Of a DNA stretch of 64,000 bases, positions 40,212-53,700 are shown one piece after another. Each line of letters opens with the position of its first letter. The first letter of the stretch is position 1. The stretch comes from the human T2T-CHM13v2.0 reference genome, Homo sapiens. The notes beneath the pieces are model-generated. The model was not told the origin of the DNA and made no database searches. It worked only from the letters and a program-made list of their open reading frames with translations. The DNA is taken from assembly GCF_009914755.1 (NCBI RefSeq), contig NC_060942.1; one strand, 5' to 3'. The translations under genes were made by a program, and so were the position numbers.

Positions 40212-43200
40212 CATTCTCAGAAACTTGTTTGTGATGTGTGCCCTCTACTGACAGAGTTGAACCTTTCTTTTCATAGAGCAGTTTTGAAACACTCTTTTTG
40301 TAGAATCTGCAAGAGGATATTTGCATAGCTTTGAGGATTTCGTGGGAAACGGGATTGTCTTCAGGTAAAATCTAGACAGAAGCATTCTCAGAAACTTCTT
40401 TGGGATGTTTGCATTCAAGTCACAGAGTAGAACATTCCCTTTGGTAGAGCAGGTTTGAAACACTCTTTTTATAGTATCTGGAAGTGGACATTTGGAGCGC
40501 TTTCAGGCCTATGTTGGAAAGGGAAATATCTTCCCGTAACAACTAGGCAGAAGCATTCTCAGAAACTTATTTGAGATGTGTGTACTCAACTAAGAGAATT
40601 GAACCACCGTTTTGAAGGAGCAGTTTTGAAACACTCTTTTTCTGGAATCTGCAAGAGGATATTTGCCTAGCCTTGAGGATTTCGTTGGAAACGGGATTGT
40701 CTTCAGATCAAATCTAGACAGAAGCATTCTCAGAAACTTCTTTGGGATGTTTGCATTCAAGTCACAGAGTAGAACATTCCCTTTGGTAGAGCAGGTTTGA
40801 TACACTCTTTTTTTAGTATATGGAAGTGGACATTTGGAGCGCTTTCAGGTCTACGTTGGAAAAGGAAATATCTTCCCATAACAACTAGACAGAAGCATTC
40901 TCAGAAACTAGTTTCTGATGTGTGTCCTCAACTAACACAGTTGAACATTTCTTTAGACAGAACAGTTTTGAAACTCTCTTTTTGTGGAATCTGCAAGTGG
41001 CTATTTGGCTAGATTTGAGGATTTCGTTGGAAACGGGATTACATATAAAAAGCAGACAGCAGCATTCTCAGAAAGTTCTTTGTGATGATTGCATTCAAGT
41101 CACAGAATTGAACATTCCCTTTCACAGAGCAGGTTTGAAACACTCTTTTTGTAGTGTGTGTAAGTGGACATTTGGAGCACTTTCCGGCCTAAGGTGAAAA
41201 AGGAAATATCTTCCCATAAAAACTAGACAGAAGCATTCTCAGAAACTTACTCGTGATGTGTGTCCTCAACTAAAGGAGTAGAACCTTTGTTTTCATAGAG
41301 AAGTTTTGAAACGCTCTTTTTGTGGAATCTGCAAGTGGATATTTGGCTAGTTTTGAGGATTTCGTTGGAAGCGGGAATTCATACAAATTGCAGACTGCAG
41401 CGTTCTGAGAAACATCTTTGTGATGTTTGTATTCAGGACACAGAGTTGAACATTCCCTATCATAGAGCAGGTTGGAATCACTCCTTTTGTAGTATCTGGA
41501 AGTGGACATTTGGAGCGCTTTCAGGCCTATGTTGGAAAAGGAAATATCTTCCCATAACAACTAGACAGAAGCATTCTCAGAAACTTATTTGAGATGTGTG
41601 TACTCAACTAAGAGAATTGAACCACCGTTTTGAAGGAGCAGTTTTGAAACACTCTTTTTCTGGAATCTGCAAGTGGATATTTGGCTAGCTTTGGGGATTT
41701 CGCTGGAAGCGGGAATACATATAAAAAGCACACAGCAGCGTTCTGAGAAACTGCTTTCTGATGTTTGCATTCAAGTCAAAAGTTGAACACTCCCTTTCAT
41801 AGAGCAGTCCTGAAACACTCCTTTTGTAGTATCTGGAACTGGACTTTTGGAGCGCTTTCAGGGCTAAGGTGAAAAAGGAAATATCTTCCCATAAAAACTG
41901 GACAGAAGCATTCTCAGAAACTTGTTTATGCTGTATCTACTCAACTAACAAAGTTGAACCTTTCTTTTGATAGAGCAGTTTTGAAATGCTCTTTTTGTGG
42001 AATCTGCAAGTGGATATTTGGCTAGTTTTGAGGATTTCGCTGGAAGCGGGAATTCATACAAATTGCAGACTGCAGCGTTCTGAGAAACATCTTTGTGATG
42101 TTTGTATTCAGGACAGAGAGTTGAACATTCCCTATCATAGAGCAGGTTGGAATCACTCCTTTTGTAGTATCTGGAAGTGGACATTTGGAGCGCTTTCAGG
42201 CCTATGTTGAAAAAGGAAATATCTTCCCATAACAACTAGACACAAGCATTCTCAGAAACTTGTTTGTGATGTGTGCCCTCTACTGACAGAGTTGAACCTT
42301 TCTTTTCATAGAGCAGTTTTGAAACACTCTTTTTGTAGAATCTGCAAGAGGATATTTGCATAGCTTTGAGGATTTCGTGGGAAACGGGATTGTCTTCAGG
42401 TAAAATCTAGACAGAAGCATTCTCAGAAACTTCTTTGGGATGTTTGCATTCAAGTCACAGAGTAGAACATTCCCTTTGGTAGAGCAGGTTTGAAACACTC
42501 TTTTTGTAGTATCTGGAAGTGGACATTTGGAGCGCTTTCAGGCCTATGTTGGAAAGGGAAATATCTTCCCGTAACAACTAGGCAGAAGCATTCTCAGAAA
42601 CTTATTTGAGATGTGTGTACTCAACTAAGAGAATTGAACCACCGTTTTGAAGGAGCAGTTTTGAAACACTCCTTTTCTGGAATCTGCAAGAGGATATTTG
42701 CCTAGCCTTGAGGATTTCGTTGGAAACGGGATTGTCTTCAGATCAAATCTAGACAGAAGCATTCTCAGAAACTTCTTTGGGATGTTTGCATTCAAGTCAC
42801 AGAGTAGAACATTCCCTTTGGTAGAGCAGGTTTGAAACACTCTTTTTTTAGTATATGGAAGTGGACATTTGGAGCGCTTTCAGGCCTACGTTGGAAAAGG
42901 AAATATCTTCCCATAACAACTAGACAGAAGCATTCTCAGAAACTAGTTTCTGATGTGTGTCCTCAACTAACACAGTTGAACATTTCTTTAGACAGAACAG
43001 TTTTGAAACACTCTTTTTGTGGAATCTGCAAGTGGCTATTTGGCTAGATTTGAGGATTTCGTTGGAAACGGGATTACATATAAAAAGCAGACAGCAGCAT
43101 TCTCAGAAAGTTCTTTGTGATGATTGCATTCAAGTCACAGAATTGAACATTCCCTTTCACAGAGCAGGTTTGAAACACTCTTTTTGTAGTGTGTGTAAGT

Positions 43201-46200
43201 GGACATTTGGAGCACTTTCCGGCCTAAGGTGAAAAAGGAAATATCTTCCCATAAAAACTAGACAGAAGCACTCTCAGAAACTTACTCGTGATGTGTGTCC
43301 TCAACTAAAGGAGTAGAACCTTTCTTTTCATAGAGAAGTTTTGAAACGCTCTTTTTGTGGAATCTGCAAGTGGATATTTGGCTAGTTTGGAGGATTTCGT
43401 TGGAAGCGGGAATTCATACAAATTGCAGACTGCAGCGTTCTGAGAAACATCTTTGTGATGTTTGTATTCAGGACACAGAGTTGAACATTCCCTATCATAG
43501 AGCAGGTTGGAATCACTCCTTTTGTAGTATCTGGAAGTGGACATTTGGAGCGCTTTCAGGCCTATGTTGGAAAAGGAAATATCTTCCCATAACAACTAGA
43601 CAGAAGCATTCTCAGAAACTTATTTGAGATGTGTGTACTCAACTAAGAGAATTGAACCACCGTTTTGAAGGAGCAGTTTTGAAACACTCTTTTTCTGGAA
43701 TCTGCAAGTGGATATTTGGCTAGCTTTGGGGATTTCGCTGGAAGCGGGAATACATATAAAAAGCACACAGCAGCGTTCTGAGAAACTGCTTTCTGATGTT
43801 TGCATTCAAGTCAAAAGTTGAACACTCCCTTTCATAGAGCAGTCCTGAAACACTCCTTTTGTAGTATCTGGAACTGGACTTTTGGAGCGCTTTCAGGGCT
43901 AAGGTGAAAAAGGAAATATCTTCCCATAAAAACTGGACAGAAGCATTCTCAGAAACTTGTTTATGCTGTATCTACTCAACTAACAAAGTTGAACCTTTCT
44001 TTTGATAGAGCAGTTTTGAAATGCTCTTTTTGTGGAATCTGCAAGTGGATATTTGGCTAGTTGCGAGGATTTCGTTGGAAGCTGGAATTCATACAAATTG
44101 CAGACTGCAGCGTTCTGAGAAACATCTTTGTGATGTTTGTATTCAGGACAGAGAGTTGAACATTCCCTATCATAGAGCAGGTTGGAATCACTCCTTTTGT
44201 AGTATCTGGAAGTGGACATTTGGAGCGCTTTCAGGCCTATGTTGAAAAAGGAAATATCTTCCCATAACAACTAGACACAAGCATTCTCAGAAACTTGTTT
44301 GTGATGTGTGCCCTCTACTGACAGAGTTGAACCTTTCTTTTCATAGAGCAGTTTTGAAACACTCTTTTTGTAGAATCTGCAAGAGGATATTTGCATAGCT
44401 TTGAGGATTTCGTGGGAAACGGGATTGTCTTCAGGTAAAATCTAGACAGAAGCATTCTCAGAAACTTCTTTGGGATGTTTGCATTCAAGTCACAGAGTAG
44501 AACATTCCCTTTGGTAGAGCAGGTTTGAAACACTCTTTTTATAGTATCTGGAAGAGGACATTTGGAGCGCTTTCAGGCCTATGTTGGAAAGGGAAATATC
44601 TTCCCGTAACAACTAGGCAGAAGCATTCTCAGAAACTTATTTGAGATGTGTGTACTCAACTAAGAGAATTGAACCACCGTTTTGAAGGAGCAGTTTTGAA
44701 ACACTCTTTTTCTGGAATCTGCAAGAGGATATTTGCCTAGCCTTGAGGATTTCGTTGGAAACGGGATTGTCTTCAGATCAAATCTAGACAGAAGCATTCT
44801 CAGAAACTTCTTTGGGATGTTTGCATTCAAGTCACAGAGTAGAACATTCCCTTTGGTAGAGCAGGTTTGATACACTCTTTTTTTAGTATATGGAAGTGGA
44901 CATTTGGAGCGCTTTCAGGTCTACGTTGGAAAAGGAAATATCTTCCCATAACAACTAGACAGAAGCATTCTCAGAAACTAGTTTCTGATGTGTGTCCTCA
45001 ACTAACACAGTTGAACATTTCTTTAGACAGAACAGTTTTGAAACTCTCTTTTTGTGGAATCTGCAAGTGGCTATTTGGCTAGATTTGAGGATTTCGTTGG
45101 AAACGGGATTACATATAAAAAGCAGACAGCAGCATTCTCAGAAAGTTCTTTGTGATGATTGCATTCAAGTCACAGAATTGAACATTCCCTTTCACAGAGC
45201 AGGTTTGAAACACTCTTTTTGTAGTGTGTGTAAGTGGACATTTGGAGCACTTTCCGGCCTAAGGTGAAAAAGGAAATATCTTCCCATAAAAACTAGACAG
45301 AAGCATTCTCAGAAACTTACTCGTGATGTGTGTCCTCAACTAAAGGAGTAGAACCTTTGTTTTCATAGAGAAGTTTTGAAACGCTCTTTTTGTGGAATCT
45401 GCAAGTGGATATTTGGCTAGTTTTGAGGATTTCGTTGGAAGCGGGAATTCATACAAATTGCAGACTGCAGCGTTCTGAGAAACATCTTTGTGATGTTTGT
45501 ATTCAGGACACAGAGTTGAACATTCCCTATCATAGAGCAGGTTGGAATCACTCCTTTTGTAGTATCTGGAAGTGGACATTTGGAGCGCTTTCAGGCCTAT
45601 GTTGGAAAAGGAAATATCTTCCCATAACAACTAGACAGAAGCATTCTCAGAAACTTATTTGAGATGTGTGTACTCAACTAAGAGAATTGAACCACCGTTT
45701 TGAAGGAGCAGTTTTGAAACACTCTTTTTCTGGAATCTGCAAGTGGATATTTGGCTAGCTTTGGGGATTTCGCTGGAAGCGGGAATACATATAAAAAGCA
45801 CACAGCAGCGTTCTGAGAAACTGCTTTCTGATGTTTGCATTCAAGTCAAAAGTTGAACACTCCCTTTCATAGAGCAGTCCTGAAACACTCCTTTTGTAGT
45901 ATCTGGAACTGGACTTTTGGAGCGCTTTCAGGGCTAAGGTGAAAAAGGAAATATCTTCCCATAAAAACTGGACAGAAGCATTCTCAGAAACTTGTTTATG
46001 CTGTATCTACTCAACTAACAAAGTTGAACCTTTCTTTTGATAGAGCAGTTTTGAAATGCTCTTTTTGTGGAATCTGCAAGTGGATATTTGGCTAGTTTTG
46101 AGGATTTCGCTGGAAGCGGGAATTCATACAAATTGCAGACTGCAGCGTTCTGAGAAACATCTTTGTGATGTTTGTATTCAGGACAGAGAGTTGAACATTC

Positions 46201-46316
46201 CCTATCATAGAGCAGGTTGGAATCACTCCTTTTGTAGTATCTGGAAGTGGACATTTGGAGCGCTTTCAGGCCTATGTTGAAAAAGGAAATATCTTCCCAT
46301 AACAACTAGACACAAG
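40212..46316 (+). repeat. Three canonical 12-mer units
   Basis: Dimer-A ORFs at 40245, 42280, 44315 and 46350. Confidence 0.9.
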
Positions 46317-48693
46317 CATTCTCAGAAACTTGTTTGTGATGTGTGCCCTCTACTGACAGAGTTGAACCTTTCTTTTCATAGAGCAGTTTTGAAACACTCT
46401 TTTTGTAGAATCTGCAAGAGGATATTTGCATAGCTTTGAGGATTTCGTGGGAAACGGGATTGTCTTCAGGTAAAATCTAGACAGAAGCATTCTCAGAAAC
46501 TTCTTTGGGATGTTTGCATTCAAGTCACAGAGTAGAACATTCCCTTTGGTAGAGCAGGTTTGAAACACTCTTTTTGTAGTATCTGGAAGTGGACATTTGG
46601 AGCGCTTTCAGGCCTATGTTGGAAAGGGAAATATCTTCCCGTAACAACTAGGCAGAAGCATTCTCAGAAACTTATTTGAGATGTGTGTACTCAACTAAGA
46701 GAATTGAACCACCGTTTTGAAGGAGCAGTATTGAAACACTCTTTTTCTGGAATCTGCAAGAGGATATTTGCCTAGCCTTGAGGATTTCGTTGGAAACGGG
46801 ATTGTCTTCAGATCAAATCTAGACAGAAGCATTCTCAGAAACTTCTTTGGGATGTTTGCATTCAAGTCACAGAGTAGAACATTCCCTTTGGTAGAGCAGG
46901 TTTGAAACACTCTTTTTGTAGTATCTGGAAGTGGACATTTGGAGCGCTTTCAGGCCTATGTTGGAAAGGGAAATATCTTCCCGTAACAACTAGGCAGAAG
47001 CATTCTCAGAAACTTATTTGAGATGTGTGTACTCAACTAAGAGAATTGAACCACCGTTTTGAAGGAGCAGTTTTGAAACACTCTTTTTCTGGAATCTGCA
47101 AGAGGATATTTGCCTAGCCTTGAGGATTTCGTTGGAAACGGGATTGTCTTCAGATCAAATCTAGACAGAAGCATTCTCAGAAACTTCTTTGGGATGTTTG
47201 CATTCAAGTCACAGAGTAGAACATTCCCTTTGGTAGAGCAGGTTTGAAACACTCTTTTTTTAGTATATGGAAGTGGACATTTGGAGCGCTTTCAGGTCTA
47301 CGTTGGAAAAGGAAATATCTTCCCATAACAACTAGACAGAAGCATTCTCAGAAACTAGTTTCTGATGTGTGTCCTCAACTAACACAGTTGAACATTTCTT
47401 TAGACAGAACAGTTTTGAAACACTCTTTTTGTGGAATCTGCAAGTGGCTATTTGGCTAGATTTGAGGATTTCGTTGGAAACGGGATTACATATAAAAAGC
47501 AGACAGCAGCATTCTCAGAAAGTTCTTTGTGATGATTGCATTCAAGTCACAGAATTGAACATTCCCTTTCACAGAGCAGGTTTGAAACACTCTTTTTGTA
47601 GTGTGTGTAAGTGGACATTTGGAGCACTTTCCGGCCTAAGGTGAAAAAGGAAATATCTTCCCATAAAAACTAGACAGAAGCACTCTCAGAAACTTACTCG
47701 TGATGTGTGTCCTCAACTAAAGGAGTAGAACCTTTCTTTTCATAGAGAAGTTTTGAAACGCTCTTTTTGTGGAATCTCCAAGTGGATATTTGGCTAGTTT
47801 TGAGGATTTCGTTGGAAGCGGGAATTCATACAAATTGCAGACTGCAGCGTTCTGAGAAACATCTTTGTGATGTTTGTATTCAGGACACAGAGTTGAACAT
47901 TCCCTATCATAGAGCAGGTTTGAATCACTCCTTTTGTAGTATCTGGAAGTGGACATTTGGAGCGCTTTCAGGCCTATGTTGGAAAAGGAAATATCTTCCC
48001 ATAACAACTAGACAGAAGCATTCTCAGAAACTTATTTGAGATGTGTGTACTCAACTAAGAGAATTGAACCACCGTTTTGAAGGAGCAGTTTTGAAACACT
48101 CTTTTTCTGGAATCTGCAAGTGGATATTTGGCTAGCTTTGGGGATTTCGCTGGAAGCGGGAATACATATAAAAAGCACACAGCAGCGTTCTGAGAAACTG
48201 CTTTCTGATGTTTGCATTCAAGTCAAAAGTTGAACACTCCCTTTCATAGAGCAGTCCTGAAACACTACTTTTGTAGTATCTGGAACTGGACTTTTGGAGC
48301 GCTTTCAGGGCTAAGGTGAAAAAGGAAATATCTTCCCATAAAAACTGGACAGAAGCATTCTCAGAAACTTGTTTATGCTGTATCTACTCAACTAACAAAG
48401 TTGAACCTTTCTTTTGATAGAGCAGTTTTGAAATGCTCTTTTTGTGGAATCTGCAAGTGGATATTTGGCTAGTTTTGAGGATTTCGTTGGAAGCGGGAAT
48501 TCATACAAATTGCAGACTGCAGCGTTCTGAGAAACATCTTTGTGATGTTTGTATTCAGGACACAGAGTGGAACATTCCCTATCATAGAGCAGGTTGGAAT
48601 CACTCCTTTTGTAGTATCTGGAAGTGGACATTTGGAGCGCTTTCAGGCCTATGTTGAAAAAGGAAATATCTTCCCATAACAACTAGACACAAG
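46317..48693 (+). repeat. 14-mer HOR variant (2377 bp)
   Basis: B ORFs at 46695 and 47037. Confidence 0.9.
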
Positions 48694-50728
48694 CATTCTC
48701 AGAAACTTGTTTGTGATGTGTGCCCTCTACTGACAGAGTTGAACCTTTCTTTTCATAGAGCAGTTTTGAAACACTCTTTTTGTAGAATCTGCAAGAGGAT
48801 ATTTGCATAGCTTTGAGGATTTCGTGGGAAACGGGATTGTCTTCAGGTAAAATCTAGACAGAAGCATTCTCAGAAACTTCTTTGGGATGTTTGCATTCAA
48901 GTCACAGAGTAGAATATTCCCTTTGGTAGAGCAGGTTTGAAACACTCTTTTTATAGTATCTGGAAGTGGACATTTGGAGCGCTTTCAGGCCTATGTTGGA
49001 AAGGGAAATATCTTCCCGTAACAACTAGGCAGAAGCATTCTCAGAAACTTATTTGAGATGTGTGTACTCAACTAAGAAAATTGAACCACCGTTTTGAAGG
49101 AGCAGTTTTGAAACACTCTTTTTCTGGAATCTGCAAGAGGATATTTGCCTAGCTTTGAGGATTTCGTTGGAAACGGGATTGTCTTCAGATCAAATCTAGA
49201 CAGAAGCATTCTCAGAAACTTCTTTGGGATGTTTGCATTCAAGTCACAGAGTAGAACATTCCCTTTGGTAGAGCAGGTTTGAAACACTCTTTTTTTAGTA
49301 TATGGAAGTGGACATTTGGAGCGCTTTCAGGCCTACGTTGGAAAAGGAAATATCTTCCCATAACAATTAGACAGAAGCATTCTCAGAAACTAGTTTCTGA
49401 TGTGTGTCCTCAACTAACACAGTTGAACATTTCTTTAGACAGAACAGTTTTGAAACTCTCTTTTTGTGGAATCTGCAAGTGGCTATTTGGCTAGATTTGA
49501 GGATTTCGTTGGAAACGGGATTACATATAAAAAGCAGACAGCAGCATTCTCAGAACGTTCTTTGTGATGATTGCATTCAAGTCACAGAATTGAACATTCC
49601 CTTTCACAGAGCAGGTTTGAAACACTCTTTTTGTAGTGTGTGTAAGTGGACATTTGGAGCACTTTCCGGCCTAAGGTGAAAAAGGAAATATCTTCCCATA
49701 AAAACTAGACAGAAGCATTCTCAGAAACTTACTCGTGATGTGTGTCCTCAACTAAAGGAGTAGAACCTTTCTTTTCATAGAGAAGTTTTGAAACGCTCTT
49801 TTTGTGGAATCTGCAAGTGGATATTTGGCTAGTTTGGAGGATTTCGTTGGAAGCGGGAATTCATACAAATTGCAGACTGCAGCTTTCTGAGAAACATCTT
49901 TGTGATGTTTGTATTCAGGACACAGAGTTGAACATTCCCTATCATAGAGCAGGTTTGAATCACTCCTTTTGTAGTATCTGGAAGTGGACATTTGGAGCGC
50001 TTTCAAGCCTATGTTGGAAAAGGAAATATCTTCCCATAACAACTAGACAGAAGCATTCTCAGAAACTTATTTGAGATGTGTGTACTCAACTAAGAGAATT
50101 GAACCACCGTTTTGAAGGAGCAGTTTTGAAACACTCTTTTTCTGGAATCTGCAAGTGGATATTTGGCTAGCTTTGGGGATTTCGCTGGAAGCGGGAATAC
50201 ATATAAAAAGCCCACAGCAGCGTTCTGAGAAACTGCTTTCTGATGTTTGCATTCAAGTCAAAAGTTGAACACTCCCTTTCATAGTGCAGTCCTGAAACAC
50301 TCCTTTTGTAGTATCTGGAACTGGACTTTTGGAGCGCTTTCAGGGCTAAGGTGAAAAAGGAAATATCTTCCCATAAAAACTGGACAGAAGCATTCTCAGA
50401 AACTTGTTTATGCTGTATCTACTCAACTAACAAAGTTGAACCTTTCTTTTGATAGAGCAGTTTTGAAATGCTCTTTTTGTGGAATCTGCAAGTGGATATT
50501 TGGCTAGTTTTGAGGATTTCGTTGGAAGCGGGAATTCATACAAATTGCAGACTGCAGCGTTCTGAGAAACATCTTTGTGATGTTTGTATTCAGGACAGAG
50601 AGTTGAACATTCCCTATCATAGAGCAGGTTGGAATCACTCCTTTTGTAGTATCTGGAAGTGGACATTTGGAGCGCTTTCAGGCCTATGTTGAAAAAGGAA
50701 ATATCTTCCCATAACAACTAGACACAAG
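48694..50728 (+). repeat. Canonical 12-mer unit
   Basis: Dimer-A ORFs at 48727 and 50762. Confidence 0.9.
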
Positions 50729-53700
50729 CATTCTCAGAAACTTGTTTGTGATGTGTGCCCTCTAGTGACAGAGTTGAACCTTTCTTTTCAAAGAGCAGTT
50801 TTGAAACACTCTTTTTGTAGAATCTGCAAGAGGATATTTGCATAGCTTTGAGGATTTCGTGGGAAACGGGATTGTCTTCAGGTAAAATCTAGACAGAAGC
50901 ATTCTCAGAAACTTCTTTAGGATGTTTGCATTCAAGTCACAGAGTAGAACATTCCCTTTGGTAGAGCAGGTTTGAAACACTCTTTTTGTAGTATCTGGAA
51001 GTGGACATTTGGAGCGCTTTCAGGCCTATGTTGGAAAGGGAAATATCTTCCCGTAACAACTAGGCAGAAGCATTCTCAGAAACTTATTTGAGATGTGTGT
51101 ACTCAACTAAGAGAATTGAACCACAGTTTTGAAGGAGCAGTTTTGAAACACTCTTTTTCTGGAATCTGCAAGAGGATATTTGCCTAGCCTTGAGGATTTC
51201 GTTGGAAACGGGATTGTCTTCAGATCAAATCTAGACAGAAGCATTCTCAGAAACTTCTTTGGGATGTTTGCATTCAAGTCACAGAGTAGAACATTCCCTT
51301 TGGTAGAGCAGGTTTGAAACACTCTTTTTGTAGTATCTGGAAGTGGACATTTGGAGCGCTTTCAGGCCTATGTTGGAAAGGGAAATATCTTCCCGTAACA
51401 ACTAGGCAGAAGCATTCTCAGAAACTTATTTGAGATGTGTGTACTCAACTAAGAGAATTGAACCACCGTTTTGAAGGAGCAGTTTTGAAACACTCTTTTT
51501 CTGGAATCTGCAAGAGGATATTTGCCTAGCCTTGAGGATTTCGTTGGAAACGGGATTGTCTTCAGATCAAATCTAGACAGAAGCATTTTCAGAAACTTCT
51601 TTGGGATGTTTGCATTCAAGTCACAGAGTAGAACATTCCCTTTGGTAGAGCAGGTTTGAAACACTCTTTTTTTAGTATATGGAAGTGGACATTTGGAGCG
51701 CTTTCAGGCCTACGTTGGAAAAGGAAATATCTTCCCATAACAACTAGACAGAAGCATTCTCAGAAACTAGTTTCTGATGTGTGTCCTCAACTAACACAGT
51801 TGAACATTTCTTTAGACAGAACACTTTTGAAACTCTCTTTTTGTGGAATCTGCAAGTGGCTATTTGGCTAGATTTGAGGATTTCGTTGGAAACGGGATTA
51901 CATATAAAAAGCAGACAGCAGCATTCTCAGAAAGTTCTTTGTGATGATTGCATTCAAGTCACAGAATTGAACATTCCCTTTCACAGAGCAGGTTTGAAAC
52001 ACTCTTTTTGTAGTGTGTGTAAGTGGACATTTGGAGCACTTTCCGGCCTAAGGTGAAAAAGGAAATATCTTCCCATAAAAACTAGACAGAAGCATTCTCA
52101 GAAACTTACTCGTGATGTGTGTCCTCAACTAAAGGAGTAGAACCTTTGTTTACATAGAGAAGTTTTGAAACGCTCTTTTTGTGGAATCTGCAAGTGGATA
52201 TTTGTCTAGTTTTGAGGATTTCGTTGGAAGCGGGAATTCATACAAATTGCAGACTGCAGCGTTCTGAGAAACATCTTTGTGATGTTTGTATTCAGGACAC
52301 AGAGTTGAACATTCCCTATCATAGAGCAGGTTGGAATCACTCCTTTTGTAGTATCTGGAAGTGGACATTTGGAGCGCTTTCAGGCCTATGTTGGAAAAGG
52401 AAATATCTTCCCATAACAACTAGACAGAAGCATTCTCAGAAACTTATTTGAGATGTGTGTACTCAACTAAGAGAATTGAACCACCGTTTTGAAGGAGCAG
52501 TTTTGAAACACTCTTTTTCTGGAATCTGCAAGTGGATATTTAGCTAGCTTTGGGGATTTCGCTGGAAGCGGGAATACATATAAAAAGCACACAGCAGCGT
52601 TCTGAGAAACTGCTTTCTGATGTTTGCATTCAAGTCAAAAGTTGAACACTCCCTTTCATAGAGCAGTCCTGAAACACTCCTTTTGTAGTATCTGGAACTG
52701 GACTTTTGGAGCGCTTTCAGGGCTAAGGTGAAAAAGGAAATATCTTCCCATAAAAACTGGACAGAAGCATTCTCAGAAACTTGTTTATGCTGTATCTACT
52801 CAACTAACAAAGTTGAACCTTTCTTTTGATAGAGCAGTTTTGAAATGCTCTTTTTGTGGAATCTGCAAGTGGATATTTGGCTAGTTTTGAGGATTTCGCT
52901 GGAAGCGGGAATTCATACAAATTGCAGACTGCAGCGTTCTGAGAAACATCTTTGTGATGTTTGTATTCAGGACAGAGAGTTGAACATTCCCTATCATAGA
53001 GCAGGTTGGAATCACTCCTTTTGTAGTATCTGGAAGTGGACATTTGGAGCGCTTTCAGGCCTATGTTGAAAAAGGAAATATCTTCCCATAACAACTAGAC
53101 ACAAGCATTCTCAGAAACTTGTTTGTGATGTGTGCCCTCTAGTGACAGAGTTGAACCTTTCTTTTCATAGAGCAGTTTTGAAACACTCTTTTTGTAGAAT
53201 CTGCAAGAGGATATTTGCATAGCTTTGAGGATTTCGTGGGAAACGGGATTGTCTTCAGGTAAAATCTAGACAGAAGCATTCTCAGAAACTTCCTTGGGAT
53301 GTTTGCATTCAAGTCACAGAGTAGAACATTCCCTTTGGTAGAGCAGGTTTGAAACACTCTTTTTGTAGTATCTGGAAGTGGACATTTGGAGCGCTTTCAG
53401 GCCTATGTTGGAAAGGGAAATATCTTCCCGTAACAACTATGCAGAAGCATTCTCAGAAACTTATTTGAGATGTGTGTACTCAACTAAGAGAATTGAACCA
53501 CCGTTTTGAAGGAGCAGTATTGAAACACTCTTTTTCTGGAATCTGCAAGAGGATATTTGCCTAGACTTGAGGATTTCGTTGGAAACGGGATTGTCTTCAG
53601 ATCAAATCTAGACAGAAGCATTCTCAGAAACTTCTTTGGGATGTTTGCATTCAAGTCACAGAGTAGAACATTCCCTTTGGTAGAGCAGGTTTGAAACACT

